From NCBI GenBank assembly GCA_963745835.1, contig CAVUZH010000003.1, positions 448,001-512,000 on the forward strand: a stretch of DNA of 64,000 nt, in the 5' to 3' direction. Source of the stretch: an uncultured delta proteobacterium. GTDB lineage: Bacteria; Desulfobacterota; Binatia; UBA9968. Below, piece by piece: positions 52,476 to 62,265 of the stretch; the first letter of the stretch is position 1; each line of letters begins with the position of its first letter. A model generated the notes under the pieces. The model did no database searches. It saw nothing but the letters and a program-made list of their open reading frames with translations, and was not told the origin of the DNA. The position numbers and the translations under genes are program-made.

Positions 52476-53627
52476 TCACGCCGGGACTAGCTCTGGATCT
52501 ACCGGATAGCGCGACAAAATTTCCGTTCCCGAATCGGTTACGCGCAGCAAGTGCTCGAGCTTGACCGGATAGTGATTAATCTCGAGAGCGACAATCATAT
52601 CCTCTTCCAAATTCACCACGTACTCCGGTGGATCGCCGCCGCGCAGCCAGGGCGATTCATAGATGCACAAACCGACGCCATGAAAACCGTCCAGTCCAGC
52701 CATTCTCGAGGAGCTATGTTTGCCGAAGCGGTTGAAAAGCTCGGTGCAAGGTCCGGGTTTAATCAGCGGCAATGCCTCCTGCAAACTCTCGTAAGCTTCC
52801 CGATAACGGTTCCGGCTCTGCGCCGTCGGCGTGCCGCGACTAAATGTACGGGCGAAGTCGCTGTAGTAACCTCCCGGTCCGGCGACGGTGGCATCGCAGA
52901 TCACCAGATCACCTTCCACCACCACCATATCCGTGCCCATGGGCTCGTTGTGAGCTCGCGCCTTGGACGATTCATAGATGGAAACGAATTCACTGCCCGC
53001 TTCGAATCCCTGATCCAGCAAAGAATCCAACATGATCCGGCTCAAGCGTTCTTCGGGCAGATCCGATTCATGCAGCGCCGCGCGAACCAGATCATAGCCT
53101 TTCTCTTTGGCCCGGGTCGTCCAGCGAATCAGTTGGAGCTCATCGGCGGTCTTTACCGCGCGCGCCTGACTGATTGCGCGAGAGCCGTCGACGAGTTTAA
53201 TGCCGGCGTCTCTCAATGCTTCGACTGCTTCAAGGTTCAGGCAATCGACGCCGACCCGCTCGGTGGTAATGCCCAATTCGCGAAGGTTCGCTACCGCTTG
53301 CGCGGCGAAGTCTCTGGTCGCAACCGGCGGCCGCATGCCGAACATAAATGCATCGAAGCGGCGAAACGGGCTCCGAGCCCTTGTTGATAGTTCGCGCTGG
53401 CAAATCAATGGAGCCCCGCTTTGAGGCACCAAGACAAAACGCTGAATCGCGGTGGCGCGCAGATTGATCATGAAAACCGAGTTGGTCGCATAACGAATGT
53501 TGAGCCAGTCGGTGAGCATGAGCGCCGCCAGATCGTGTTCTTTCATCGCTTGCTGCAGGCGCGACAAACGCTGCGATTTGAGCCGGTCATTATCGACGCC
53601 GAAAACACTCAGGTCCGGGTAATACAT
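52476..53627 (-). CDS. M24 (Xaa-Pro peptidase/creatinase) family protein
   Basis: N-terminal RL.RLQ..M, NIRY; ARAVKT..EL, D...GYYSDFART, HGVGL..YE.P; AGGAG RBS before ATG 53627. Confidence 0.85.
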   Translation of the reverse strand: MYYPDLSVFGVDNDRLKSQRLSRLQQAMKEHDLAALMLTDWLNIRYATNSVFMINLRATAIQRFVLVPQSGAPLICQRELSTRARSPFRRFDAFMFGMRPPVATRDFAAQAVANLRELGITTERVGVDCLNLEAVEALRDAGIKLVDGSRAISQARAVKTADELQLIRWTTRAKEKGYDLVRAALHESDLPEERLSRIMLDSLLDQGFEAGSEFVSIYESSKARAHNEPMGTDMVVVEGDLVICDATVAGPGGYYSDFARTFSRGTPTAQSRNRYREAYESLQEALPLIKPGPCTELFNRFGKHSSSRMAGLDGFHGVGLCIYESPWLRGGDPPEYVVNLEEDMIVALEINHYPVKLEHLLRVTDSGTEILSRYPVDPELVPA

Positions 53628-53643
53628 GAACTCTCCTAATTTT

Positions 53644-53796
53644 TGGCAGGCCGCTGAAAAAGACCCATATGCTTCGTTCCGCTCAATCGATTCGCTGCAA
53701 CGTACTGGGAGTACGCCTTCGCTCATCGACTTTTCGCGCGCCTCGCATCTGAATCTTTTTGAGCAGCCTGCAACCAGAGTTTTCAGCTCACTGCCA
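53644..53796. mobile_element. MITE family A, copy 5 (full length)
   Basis: TGGCAGGCCGCTGAAAAAGACCCATATGCTTCGTT...CGTACTGGGAGTACG...TTTTTGAGCAGCCTGCAACCAGAGTTTTCAGC..ACTGCCA. Confidence 0.85.
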
Positions 53797-53895
53797 TTTG
53801 ATATATCGCTTGCGCCGAATAGGCGTCAAGAATGAATCAGCATTCTTAGCGACCGGGAAGCTTGAGCTAGCGCGCCCATTCCGGATGCAAAACTG

Positions 53896-53924
53896 TTGAC
53901 TCTGAAAATCATTCAGAATAGCTC
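53896..53924 (+). promoter_or_regulatory. Putative promoter with spacer dyad TCTGAA-N5-TTCAGA
   Basis: TTGACT-17 nt-TAGCTC with an inverted repeat at 53901-53917; AAGGAG RBS before GTG 53958. Confidence 0.45.
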
Positions 53925-53957
53925 TGAAGTTTTCAACAAACTAAAGGAGAATACTTA

Positions 53958-54947
53958 GTGGCTTATGATGATCGCAGTGTAAAACCCATGAGCGCCAGCC
54001 TGATGCGCGCGCGGATTGCTACGAAAATTCTTTCCGGACTCTATGAGGATGCTCCGACGCTGTTGACCAGCGCCATTCGATTGATGGTCGAATTGCCCGG
54101 CGGTTCGGCGCATTCGGGCCCGCCCTATCCTTTTACCATCGGCGTAAGTCCCGCATGGTGCAGCGGGCTCAACGGCGCCAAACTCGTCGCCAGCGGCAAG
54201 CTCGATCTGGTCTGGCTCAATCCCTCGATCATTCCATCCATGGCGGTTCGAGGAGTGGGGCCGTTTCGGCGCAAGTATCCGCTGCGCGCTCTGGCGGTGT
54301 TTCCATCCTGGGATCGTTTAGTGATCGCGGTCTCGCCGCAGTTGGGCGTGCGCACGATGGAAGAGCTTATCGATAAAAAGCCCAAGATGAATGTGTCGAT
54401 AGCAGTCAACGATTGCGTCGATTTCGCGATCAAGACGCTGCTCAAGGCGCACGGCATTTCACAGCAGGATTTTATCGAGTGGGGCGGCACCGTGGATGAG
54501 GTGGTGCGCCCGAGCAATCCGCACCGCCGGGAAGGAATCGTCTCCGGCACGCTCGATATGGTTATCGACGAAGGTATGGACTCCTGGGGCGACGTTGCAG
54601 TGGAGCATGGAATGAGGTTTCTTTCCTTTTCCGAGCCTGTGCTGAAGAAGTTGGAAAAATATGGCTTTCAAAGGGCCAGGCTCGATCACGGTCGCATCGC
54701 CGGCATCAACGATCCCACTACGGTGGTCGACTTTAGCGGCTGGCCGATCGTCGTACATGAGAAATTTCCGGACGAACTGGCCTATCACATCGCGGGCGTG
54801 CTGGATAAGATCCGCGAGGACATTCCTTACGATGCAACCGAGACGCCATCAATGAAGCAGCTGTGCACCAACACGGAAGCGGGCCCGCTGGATTTTCCGC
54901 TGCATCCGGGAGCGGAGCGGTATTATCGAGAGAAGGGTTATCTGTAA
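53958..54947 (+). CDS. TAXI-family TRAP solute-binding protein
   Basis: PLRALAVF, V..DELAY.I, C-terminal PLHPGAERYYREKG. Confidence 0.8.
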   Translation: MAYDDRSVKPMSASLMRARIATKILSGLYEDAPTLLTSAIRLMVELPGGSAHSGPPYPFTIGVSPAWCSGLNGAKLVASGKLDLVWLNPSIIPSMAVRGVGPFRRKYPLRALAVFPSWDRLVIAVSPQLGVRTMEELIDKKPKMNVSIAVNDCVDFAIKTLLKAHGISQQDFIEWGGTVDEVVRPSNPHRREGIVSGTLDMVIDEGMDSWGDVAVEHGMRFLSFSEPVLKKLEKYGFQRARLDHGRIAGINDPTTVVDFSGWPIVVHEKFPDELAYHIAGVLDKIREDIPYDATETPSMKQLCTNTEAGPLDFPLHPGAERYYREKGYL

Positions 54948-55066
54948 GACGAACGTTCTGCTCGCGCTCGGCGTAGGTGCCAATGCCGGAGGTGGAACGT
55001 AGGGCGCGCCGGGCAAGAAACAAAAGGTGCCCAATACACAGCAGGTTAACTTGAAATGCCTCGCCG

Positions 55067-55474
55067 TTACGGCGCCATTCCCGGGGGCCATTCCTCATAC
55101 TGTGGCAATGCATCGACGATCTCGTGCCAGGGGGCTTTGGAACCGACGAAGATGTGTTCGCCGGGACGCACACCCGGATCACCATCGACAGTTCCCAACA
55201 CCACTTCGGTGATCTTTCCGGAATCACTAAGACCGAGCGGGGAGCCGCACTTTCTGCAAAAGCACCTCGCTTTTCCAGGTGAGGATTCGTAACGAGCGAT
55301 AAATTCTACGCCTCTAGTCCAGCGAAACTGATCCGGATCGACGTGCGCCCACGTCGCAAATGCCGCCCCATGAGACTTCCTGCACATTGAACAATGGCAA
55401 TGCCCGGCCGCTTTGAACGGGCCGGTAATCTCGTACCGCACAGCTCCACATAGACAGCTCCCCGTTATCGCCAT
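55067..55474 (-). CDS. GFA/CENP-V family zinc protein
   Basis: GSCLCGAVRY, CHCSMCRK, FCRKCGS, HIFVGSKAPW. Confidence 0.92.
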   Translation of the reverse strand: MAITGSCLCGAVRYEITGPFKAAGHCHCSMCRKSHGAAFATWAHVDPDQFRWTRGVEFIARYESSPGKARCFCRKCGSPLGLSDSGKITEVVLGTVDGDPGVRPGEHIFVGSKAPWHEIVDALPQYEEWPPGMAP

Positions 55475-55783
55475 TTTTGCCTCCTACGTAGATTGTTGTG
55501 TCCCGGATTATGGGACCGCCTCACATGCGCGTCTGTAGCGATCATTTCTTCATATCCTTATCAAGCGCCGAGAAGCCGCCGAAGGTGCGCCGGCCGATGC
55601 GACGGCCGTCAGAGACGAAATACGACCTGATATCCGATAATCCGATGCAAACTCCTTCAGGTATGTCCTTCGGTTTGGGTTGCACCATTGCTTTGCCAAA
55701 AGAAGTACATCGCTTTCTTACAACAAGATAGATAGATACTAGCGCTTGAGCGGTTTGATTTTGGTGTGATAGTTGACCCAATT

Positions 55784-56584
55784 ATGTTGAATATCGTACC
55801 AAAGGAACGCGCCGAACGGCACAGCGGATCTCAGACGGTCCTTTTTGCGCTAGACGTTTTAGAAATTCTTTCTTGGAAGGGCACGGTCGGCGTAACCGAA
55901 ATCGCTAAAGCTCTCCACTCTGACAAGAGCCGTGTGGTCAGGGTGATGAAGAGTCTTGCTCTGCGCGGCTATATCACACGTGATGAGTCACGAAAGTACA
56001 GGCTCGGACCTAGCGTCGCCAAACTCGGTGAGGGTTACCGGCAGCATAATTGTCTGATTACAGTGGCGCGATCTGCTCTGTGCCGCTTGCGTGAAACGTT
56101 CCAGGCAACGGCGATCCTCCGGGTGCTCGATGGTTATCACGTTGTAACGGTGGCAGTAGAGGAAAGTTCTTCGATCTTGAGAATCACCCATCAGATCGGA
56201 GCACGCTTTCCTCTCACCATAGGGGCGCACAGTAAGGTGTTCGCCGCTTTTATGTCTGAAGATTTGGTGCGGCATATTCTGAAGACTCAAAAGGAGAGTG
56301 TCTATACAAATAAGAAAGTGGTTAATATCGCAAAGTTTATCCAACATCTTCGACGAGTCCGAAAGTGCGGCTATGGCTTTAGTGACGAGGAAATTGCGAG
56401 GGGGGTGCGAGCGTTGGCGGCCCCGATACGAGATTCGACCGGCAATGTCGTCGCGACTATAGGTATAAGTTTACCGACGTTCGATTTGCCAAACTCTAGG
56501 ATTGAACGCACCGCGGAGCAGGTTAAAAAATCCGCGGACGATGTCTCCAGGCAATTGGGTTGGGAGTATACAAAAGAAAAATAG
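55784..56584 (+). CDS. IclR family transcriptional regulator
   Basis: N-terminal wHTH (GVTEIA...GYI..D..Y.LG), G.RFPL..GA.SK, GVRALAAPIRD..G.VVA.I; start uncertain. Confidence 0.9.
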   Translation: MLNIVPKERAERHSGSQTVLFALDVLEILSWKGTVGVTEIAKALHSDKSRVVRVMKSLALRGYITRDESRKYRLGPSVAKLGEGYRQHNCLITVARSALCRLRETFQATAILRVLDGYHVVTVAVEESSSILRITHQIGARFPLTIGAHSKVFAAFMSEDLVRHILKTQKESVYTNKKVVNIAKFIQHLRRVRKCGYGFSDEEIARGVRALAAPIRDSTGNVVATIGISLPTFDLPNSRIERTAEQVKKSADDVSRQLGWEYTKEK

Positions 56585-56642
56585 GTCTTTTGTAACCGTA
56601 CAGTACTGAGAGACTGCCTACGTGATCGGTTCGTGAAAGGAA

Positions 56643-56927
56643 TTGAAAACGTCAAGGTATGTCGATGCTGATGGCCATATTATGGAAAAGACGGCGGAGT
56701 TTATCGAGTATCTCGATGAACCTTGGAGGAGTGCCGACACAGCCACAGAGCGGCGATTATTACCTACGCTTGATAAACGAGAATTTCCTCTCGAAGAAAC
56801 AGTACCAAGTCTTGAAGGGTTTAAATTGATTTTATCCTCTTTGGCGGAAAAAACTCCCAAAGCAAGAACAGCCAAACCCGAGGACTTTGCCGATTTGCGA
56901 TTTATCTCAAACCGGGTATATCGATAA
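56643..56927 (+). pseudogene. Deletion chimera: amidohydrolase N-terminus fused to an SsuA-like SBP C-terminus
   Basis: VDADGHIME...YLDEPW followed in frame by PSLEGFKLIL..LAEK.PKA..AKPEDFADLRFI. Confidence 0.7.
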
Positions 56928-57057
56928 TCTCTACAAGAGGTGAGAAGCACCCCGATGTCTCACCCAAAGTAGGCAGAGGATCAGGAACTCGCCTTTGTTC
57001 AATAGTTTTGCCGATAGTGAAACATTCACAGATACGCCGAATGGTCATGAGGTGCTT

Positions 57058-58140
57058 ATGAGAGCGATTGTGCGATCCAGTGGAGTGTTACTTCTTTTCA
57101 CGGTGCTGTTTGGAGCTACGACAGTCCAAAGCTGGGGGGCGCCCGCCAAAGTCAGCTTTGACGAGAAAGCGGTCGCAGAGTTTTACAGGGGTAAGACCGT
57201 ACGCATCATTGTCGGGTTTTCCGCCGGGGGCGGTTACGATGCTTATTCGCGTGTGATCGGCCGTCACCTTCACAAGCATATTCCTGGCAACCCGACCGTT
57301 GTCGTCGACAATATGGCTGGAGCGGGGAGCATTCTGGCGGCGAACCACATCAACAACGTTGCTCCTAAAGACGGCACGATCATCGGCAATTTCAGCGGGC
57401 AGATTATTCTGGAACAGCTTTTTGCCAATCCGGCCGTCCAGTACGACATGGCGAAGTTTCCAATTCTCGGAGTTCCAATTGGAGAAACTTACTTGCTCGT
57501 GGTCACGCGCAAACCCGGCGTTACGAAGTACGAAGAGGTGCTCGGTCCTAAGAGCAAACAAATCGTCATGGGAGGAATTCCCGGATCTACCGTGGAGCAA
57601 GCGCCAATCATCATGCGCGACGCATTGGGCGTCAACATCAAAGTGGTAAGCGGCTATAAGGGCACTTCCGACATCCGGCTGGCAATCGATAGCGGGGAAG
57701 TGGATGGTCTCTTTAACAGCTGGACGTCGCTCAAGATTACCTCTCTCGACAAGATAAAAAGCGGCGAATGGCTCGTGCTCGCGCAAATCGGTGAAGAGCC
57801 AATCCGCGATCTGCCTAACAGCAGCAATATTCCGACAATACCGTTGCTAGCCAAGACTGCCGAGCAGCGGGAACTATTGCGCTTCGGCATAGCGGCACCC
57901 AATCAGTTTGGAAAGATCTATGTGCTGCCTCCCGGCGCGCCCCAAGATCGTACGTCGGCGCTGCAGGCGGCGTTCACGAAAATTTTCGAGGACAAAGAGT
58001 TTCTCGCCGAAGCCGATAAAGGCCGACTTGAGATCGATCCGGTGGGCGCGCAGCAGGCGCACGGACTCATCACTGATTTGATGGGAATGTCGCCGGCGGT
58101 GAAAGCGCAGCTGCAGAAGATGCTCAGGACGCCTAAATGA
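57058..58140 (+). CDS. TctC/Bug tripartite tricarboxylate transporter binding protein
   Basis: FYRGKTVRIIVGFSAGGGYD, NMAGAGS, PKDG, GYKGT, GEVDG, PPG.P. Confidence 0.9.
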   Translation: MRAIVRSSGVLLLFTVLFGATTVQSWGAPAKVSFDEKAVAEFYRGKTVRIIVGFSAGGGYDAYSRVIGRHLHKHIPGNPTVVVDNMAGAGSILAANHINNVAPKDGTIIGNFSGQIILEQLFANPAVQYDMAKFPILGVPIGETYLLVVTRKPGVTKYEEVLGPKSKQIVMGGIPGSTVEQAPIIMRDALGVNIKVVSGYKGTSDIRLAIDSGEVDGLFNSWTSLKITSLDKIKSGEWLVLAQIGEEPIRDLPNSSNIPTIPLLAKTAEQRELLRFGIAAPNQFGKIYVLPPGAPQDRTSALQAAFTKIFEDKEFLAEADKGRLEIDPVGAQQAHGLITDLMGMSPAVKAQLQKMLRTPK

Positions 58141-58484
58141 GGCGTAAGAATACGAACCGTTGGCAGATATCCAATGGGGGTCGGGGCGGTCGGAAAAGAA
58201 TTGCCGATTGACTTGACCTACTCTAAAGGGACGGACTCCGCACTGCTCGGTGAGCGAGAATTGCAATTGCGTTTGAACACTAAGTTGGGCTACGTGCGGA
58301 CGACTGCGTAATGAAATAGAAGCTCGCTTTACTAAGGGCCGGCTGTGGATGGTTATTGGGCCTGAAGCCATAAGGGAAGCGCCAAGGAAGGGTAGCCAAC
58401 CGTGCCTTAAACCGTAAAGGGATAAAGTATTTCATGGGAGATGTTCGGAAAGAGATAAGAAATCAATCAACTGAGGAGGGATAG

Positions 58485-58928
58485 ATGGCAACTACAAATT
58501 TTACGGTAGCCGGCAAATGTCGCTGTTCTAACAACCCGGTTCATTTTGAATACAGCAAGGAGCCCTACGAAGTTCACTACTGCCTCTGCACCGACTGCAC
58601 TGATACTTGCGGCGGAGCGATGGCTATCATTGCGGTCGTGGAGAAGAATGCCTTCAAAATTCTCCAGGGCGATGACAAGATTCAAAACTTCGATACAAAA
58701 CCGACCTGCCATCGTAAATTCTGCAAGGTGTGTGGATGTCATATGTTTCTATACGTCGATGGCTTTCCAGATTTCGTTCTGATCCATGTCCCGACCCTCG
58801 ATCGTGCGCAGGATGTCGGCAAGAGACCCGATCGATGGGTATTTGTAAACTCCAAACATCCGTTAATTGTTCTTCCTGAGGATGGACTCCCGCGCCATCC
58901 AGGTTGGGCGCCGACTGCGAGTGCTTAG
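58485..58928 (+). CDS. GFA/CENP-V family zinc protein
   Basis: GKCRC, CLCTDC, FCKVCG, FVNSK.P. Confidence 0.85.
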   Translation: MATTNFTVAGKCRCSNNPVHFEYSKEPYEVHYCLCTDCTDTCGGAMAIIAVVEKNAFKILQGDDKIQNFDTKPTCHRKFCKVCGCHMFLYVDGFPDFVLIHVPTLDRAQDVGKRPDRWVFVNSKHPLIVLPEDGLPRHPGWAPTASA

Positions 58929-59060
58929 CAGCCTAGATATTTTCTGATCTCAAGGAAGCCTTCGACCTGATGCACTCGAGTGAAACGGTCCGGAGCGTGG
59001 TCCTCTACTACTGATCAGGTGATCAGATTCAGTAAACCTTTGCTGCGGAAAGGAACCGTA

Positions 59061-60086
59061 ATGTTGAGGAAGCTGAGTTGGTTATTCGTGCTATTTGTGC
59101 TCGAACTAGCATCGCCGAACGGAGTCTTCGCGCAAGAACCGTTTTACAAAGGTAAAACTGTGCGCATCATCGTAGGTTTCTCAGCAGGCGGAGGATTCGA
59201 CACATATGCGCGAGTGATAGCGAGGCATATGGGAAGGCATATTCCGGGCGGGCCGGCAATCTTAGTTGAGAACATGCCGGGTGCGGGAAGTTTGATTGCG
59301 GCCAACCATGGTTACAACACTGCCAAGCCGGACGGACTGACGATTAACAACTGGATTGGCGGGTTGGTGCTCCAGGCAGTCTTGGGTGGCAAAGGTATCC
59401 AATTCCACGCGCCGAAATTCGAGTGGGTTGGAGCGCTTCAAGATAGTCAGAGCTGCGGCCTTACGAAAGCAAGCGGAGTTTCGAACGTCCAAGAATGGCT
59501 TGCGGCAAAAAATCCGATCAAGCTCGGCGGAACAGCATCCGGAAGCACGGATGTCGACATACCGAAGATCTTAAAAGCTACCCTGGGGCTTCCGATCCAA
59601 CTTGTCGAGGGATATAAAGGAACTGCTGACATCCGGATCGCAGCCGATTCCGGAGAGGTTTCCGGTTACTGCGGCACCTGGGCAGGCATGAAATCCACTT
59701 GGAGCCAAGCGTTAGAGGCAGGCAATGCTCACATCGTGGTCCAGATCAATTCAAAGAAACACCCTGACCTCATCAACGTGCCCAACGCTGTGGATTTGGC
59801 AAAGACCGATGAGACACGCGAGCTTATAAAAATGGGAATTCATTACCAAGCCGACATCTCTCGAAATTACTCCCTGCCGCCGGCCACTCCGAAAGAGCGG
59901 GTAGCGATTCTTCAAAGCGCTTTTTTGCAAACCATGAAGGACAAAGACTTTCTTGCAGATGCCCAAAAGGCGAAGCTTTCCGTGGAGAGCATATCGGGCG
60001 ACGATGTTTCCAGAATCGTGTCCGATTACTCCGCCATGAAGCCGGAACTAGTCAATCGATTGAAAGAAATCATGCTGCCAAACTAG
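59061..60086 (+). CDS. TctC/Bug binding protein
   Basis: FYKGKTVRIIVGFSAGGGFD, ENMPGAGS, KPDGLT, GYKGT. Confidence 0.9.
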   Translation: MLRKLSWLFVLFVLELASPNGVFAQEPFYKGKTVRIIVGFSAGGGFDTYARVIARHMGRHIPGGPAILVENMPGAGSLIAANHGYNTAKPDGLTINNWIGGLVLQAVLGGKGIQFHAPKFEWVGALQDSQSCGLTKASGVSNVQEWLAAKNPIKLGGTASGSTDVDIPKILKATLGLPIQLVEGYKGTADIRIAADSGEVSGYCGTWAGMKSTWSQALEAGNAHIVVQINSKKHPDLINVPNAVDLAKTDETRELIKMGIHYQADISRNYSLPPATPKERVAILQSAFLQTMKDKDFLADAQKAKLSVESISGDDVSRIVSDYSAMKPELVNRLKEIMLPN

Positions 60087-60134
60087 TTCATACAGACAGG
60101 AAACGGATTGCCCACATAAAAAGGGGGGAGCGAA

Positions 60135-60941
60135 ATGGATTTGTCCGAAGAAGTGAAAAAAACACTGACAGAAATTCTCGCCAAATATGCCGCGGGCAAT
60201 GCTGAAATCGTGCGAGCCTATTTCAGCCACCCAAGATCCAGAGAGCAAGATATCGCCTGGTTGAAGTGTCAGGCGGCGCGGGAGCTCACGACGGCTTGGA
60301 AGTTCCTGGATAACCTGAAAGATCTGCAGCCTAAGTTCGAAAAGGAACTCAAGCGCAAGGACTATGAGAACCTCGCGCGAGCATTTTCCGAAGAACTGGA
60401 ACACTATCGTCTGTTTGTGGCGATTCTCGAAGAACAGTTCGGAGAAAAGATCGATGTAGATGAGTTGCTGACACTCGGCGTATGGAGTGATAACGAGCGT
60501 TTCCCTGAAAATACAAAAAAAGCTCGCTATGAGAAGGAACTGCGCGCTTCAGGGGATGAGATGGCTAAGATCGCCCTTGGCATCGGCGAGGGTGGTGGTT
60601 CCGGTTGGCTTATCGGATTGAGCCGTATTACCGGAGGCGAGCTGGAACAACGGATGGCGCATGCCGCAAGAGAGATCTCCCATGATGAGATGTTTCACGG
60701 CCCGATTCACATCGCCGCTGCCGCCCGACGCATCAAAACGCCCGAGCAACTCGAAAGAGCGAAAACCGTCTTAGCGCGATACCTACAGCATCACTTGCGG
60801 ATGAAAAACGAACAGTTCGGAAATCCTCTTTCCAAGGAACGTCTCGAAGAAATCGATCAAGGCAAGGTCCAGCCTTTGGAGGGAGTTGATTTTTCGCCGA
60901 TTGGACGAGAGCGCGAAGATCTTGCCGCATACGCATTGTAA
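60135..60941 (+). CDS. Ferritin-like (diiron carboxylate) domain protein
   Basis: All-helical with an E...EExxH...E...DExxH pattern (ARE, SEELEHY, GEGG, HDEMFH). Confidence 0.7.
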   Translation: MDLSEEVKKTLTEILAKYAAGNAEIVRAYFSHPRSREQDIAWLKCQAARELTTAWKFLDNLKDLQPKFEKELKRKDYENLARAFSEELEHYRLFVAILEEQFGEKIDVDELLTLGVWSDNERFPENTKKARYEKELRASGDEMAKIALGIGEGGGSGWLIGLSRITGGELEQRMAHAAREISHDEMFHGPIHIAAAARRIKTPEQLERAKTVLARYLQHHLRMKNEQFGNPLSKERLEEIDQGKVQPLEGVDFSPIGREREDLAAYAL

Positions 60942-61202
60942 CTTCGCTCTCTATCGTATTGTAGACCCGAGAGGAAATTATCCGGAAGACCCGAGAGGAC
61001 TTGCTGCGAAACCTCTCAACGGCGACGACCGCAGCCGACCTTACAAAATCCTTTCACACGTCGGACATTACGATGTTGAACCTGCTCAGCTTGACTGCTG
61101 ATAGGGTGTTTACTGTCACTAATCTTGGCCAGCTCCTTATGACTGAGCGGCAATCATAAATAGCATCCAAACAATTCAAGGCAAATTGCGCTAGGAGGCA
61201 GT

Positions 61203-62228
61203 ATGGCTAAACACTTGGCGAGTGTCATAACACTGACTCTTGCTATAACTCTAAACTTTTCGACATCCGCGTTTTCACAAGAGTCGTTCTATAAAGACAA
61301 GGTCATCAGGATCGTTGTCGCCACTGCAGCGGGCGGCGGCTATGATCTCTACACCCGGACCATGGCCCGGCACTTGCGCAAATATATTCCGGGAGAGCCG
61401 ACGATTGTTGTTGAGAACATGCCTGGAGCAGGCCACCTGATCGGGGCAAACTATGTGTACAAGGTCGCTAAGCCCGACGGTCTGACGATCGGTCATTTCA
61501 TCGGTTCATTGTTTCTGCAGCAGCTTCTCGGTAAGCCAGGCGTCGAATTTGACGCCCTGAAGTTTAATTTCATCGGAGTTCCCGCTCAGGACAGCTACAT
61601 GATCGGTTTGTCAAAGACGACCGGCATTACCAGTATGGAACAGTGGCTGGCGTCAAAGAGAATTCTTAAAATCGGCGGCATAGGGGCCGGCTCTGCCACG
61701 GACGATATCCCGAAAGTGCTCGCGGCTACTATCGGTCTCCCTCTCCAAGTCGTGGCTGGTTACAAGGGTACGTCGGAAGTTCGACTGGCCTTCAATTCGG
61801 GAGAGATCGAGGGAATCTGCAACGCATGGGAATCCTTTAAATCGACATGGCGCAAGGAGATGGATGCAAACGAAGTGGCTCTGGTTCTTCAGGCTATTCC
61901 AACGCGTCATCCGGATGTTCCGAACGTGCCTTTGGCTATCGATTATGCCAAGACAGACGAAGCGAAAAGGATGATTCGATCGGTCATCCATACAATCGCC
62001 CCGACAGTACGGCCTTATGTCTTGCCTCCCGGTACACCAAAGGACCGCGTCGAAATGTTGCGTCGGGCTTTTATGAGCACGATGAAGGATCAGGAGTTCC
62101 TTGCCGAGGCGGCTAAAGCGAAGCTCGATATAAATCCACTAGATGGGGCAACACTGGAGGCGAATGTTAGAGAGGTCTTCAATCTCGATGCTGCACTGAT
62201 ACCTCGTTTGAAGGAAATTCTGAAATAA
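61203..62228 (+). CDS. TctC/Bug binding protein
   Basis: FYKDKVIRIVV..AGGGYD, ENMPGAG, KPDGLT, GYKGT, PPGTPKDRV. Confidence 0.9.
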   Translation: MAKHLASVITLTLAITLNFSTSAFSQESFYKDKVIRIVVATAAGGGYDLYTRTMARHLRKYIPGEPTIVVENMPGAGHLIGANYVYKVAKPDGLTIGHFIGSLFLQQLLGKPGVEFDALKFNFIGVPAQDSYMIGLSKTTGITSMEQWLASKRILKIGGIGAGSATDDIPKVLAATIGLPLQVVAGYKGTSEVRLAFNSGEIEGICNAWESFKSTWRKEMDANEVALVLQAIPTRHPDVPNVPLAIDYAKTDEAKRMIRSVIHTIAPTVRPYVLPPGTPKDRVEMLRRAFMSTMKDQEFLAEAAKAKLDINPLDGATLEANVREVFNLDAALIPRLKEILK

Positions 62229-62265
62229 CAGTCTTTCGCCGTTTGCTGAATGAACGAGGTCCAGC

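Noticed and set aside
58141-58480. Possible ncRNA in long intergenic gaps (also 41170-41680 and 48520-48860)
   Set aside because: Only short isolated hairpins; no recognisable family or repeated support.
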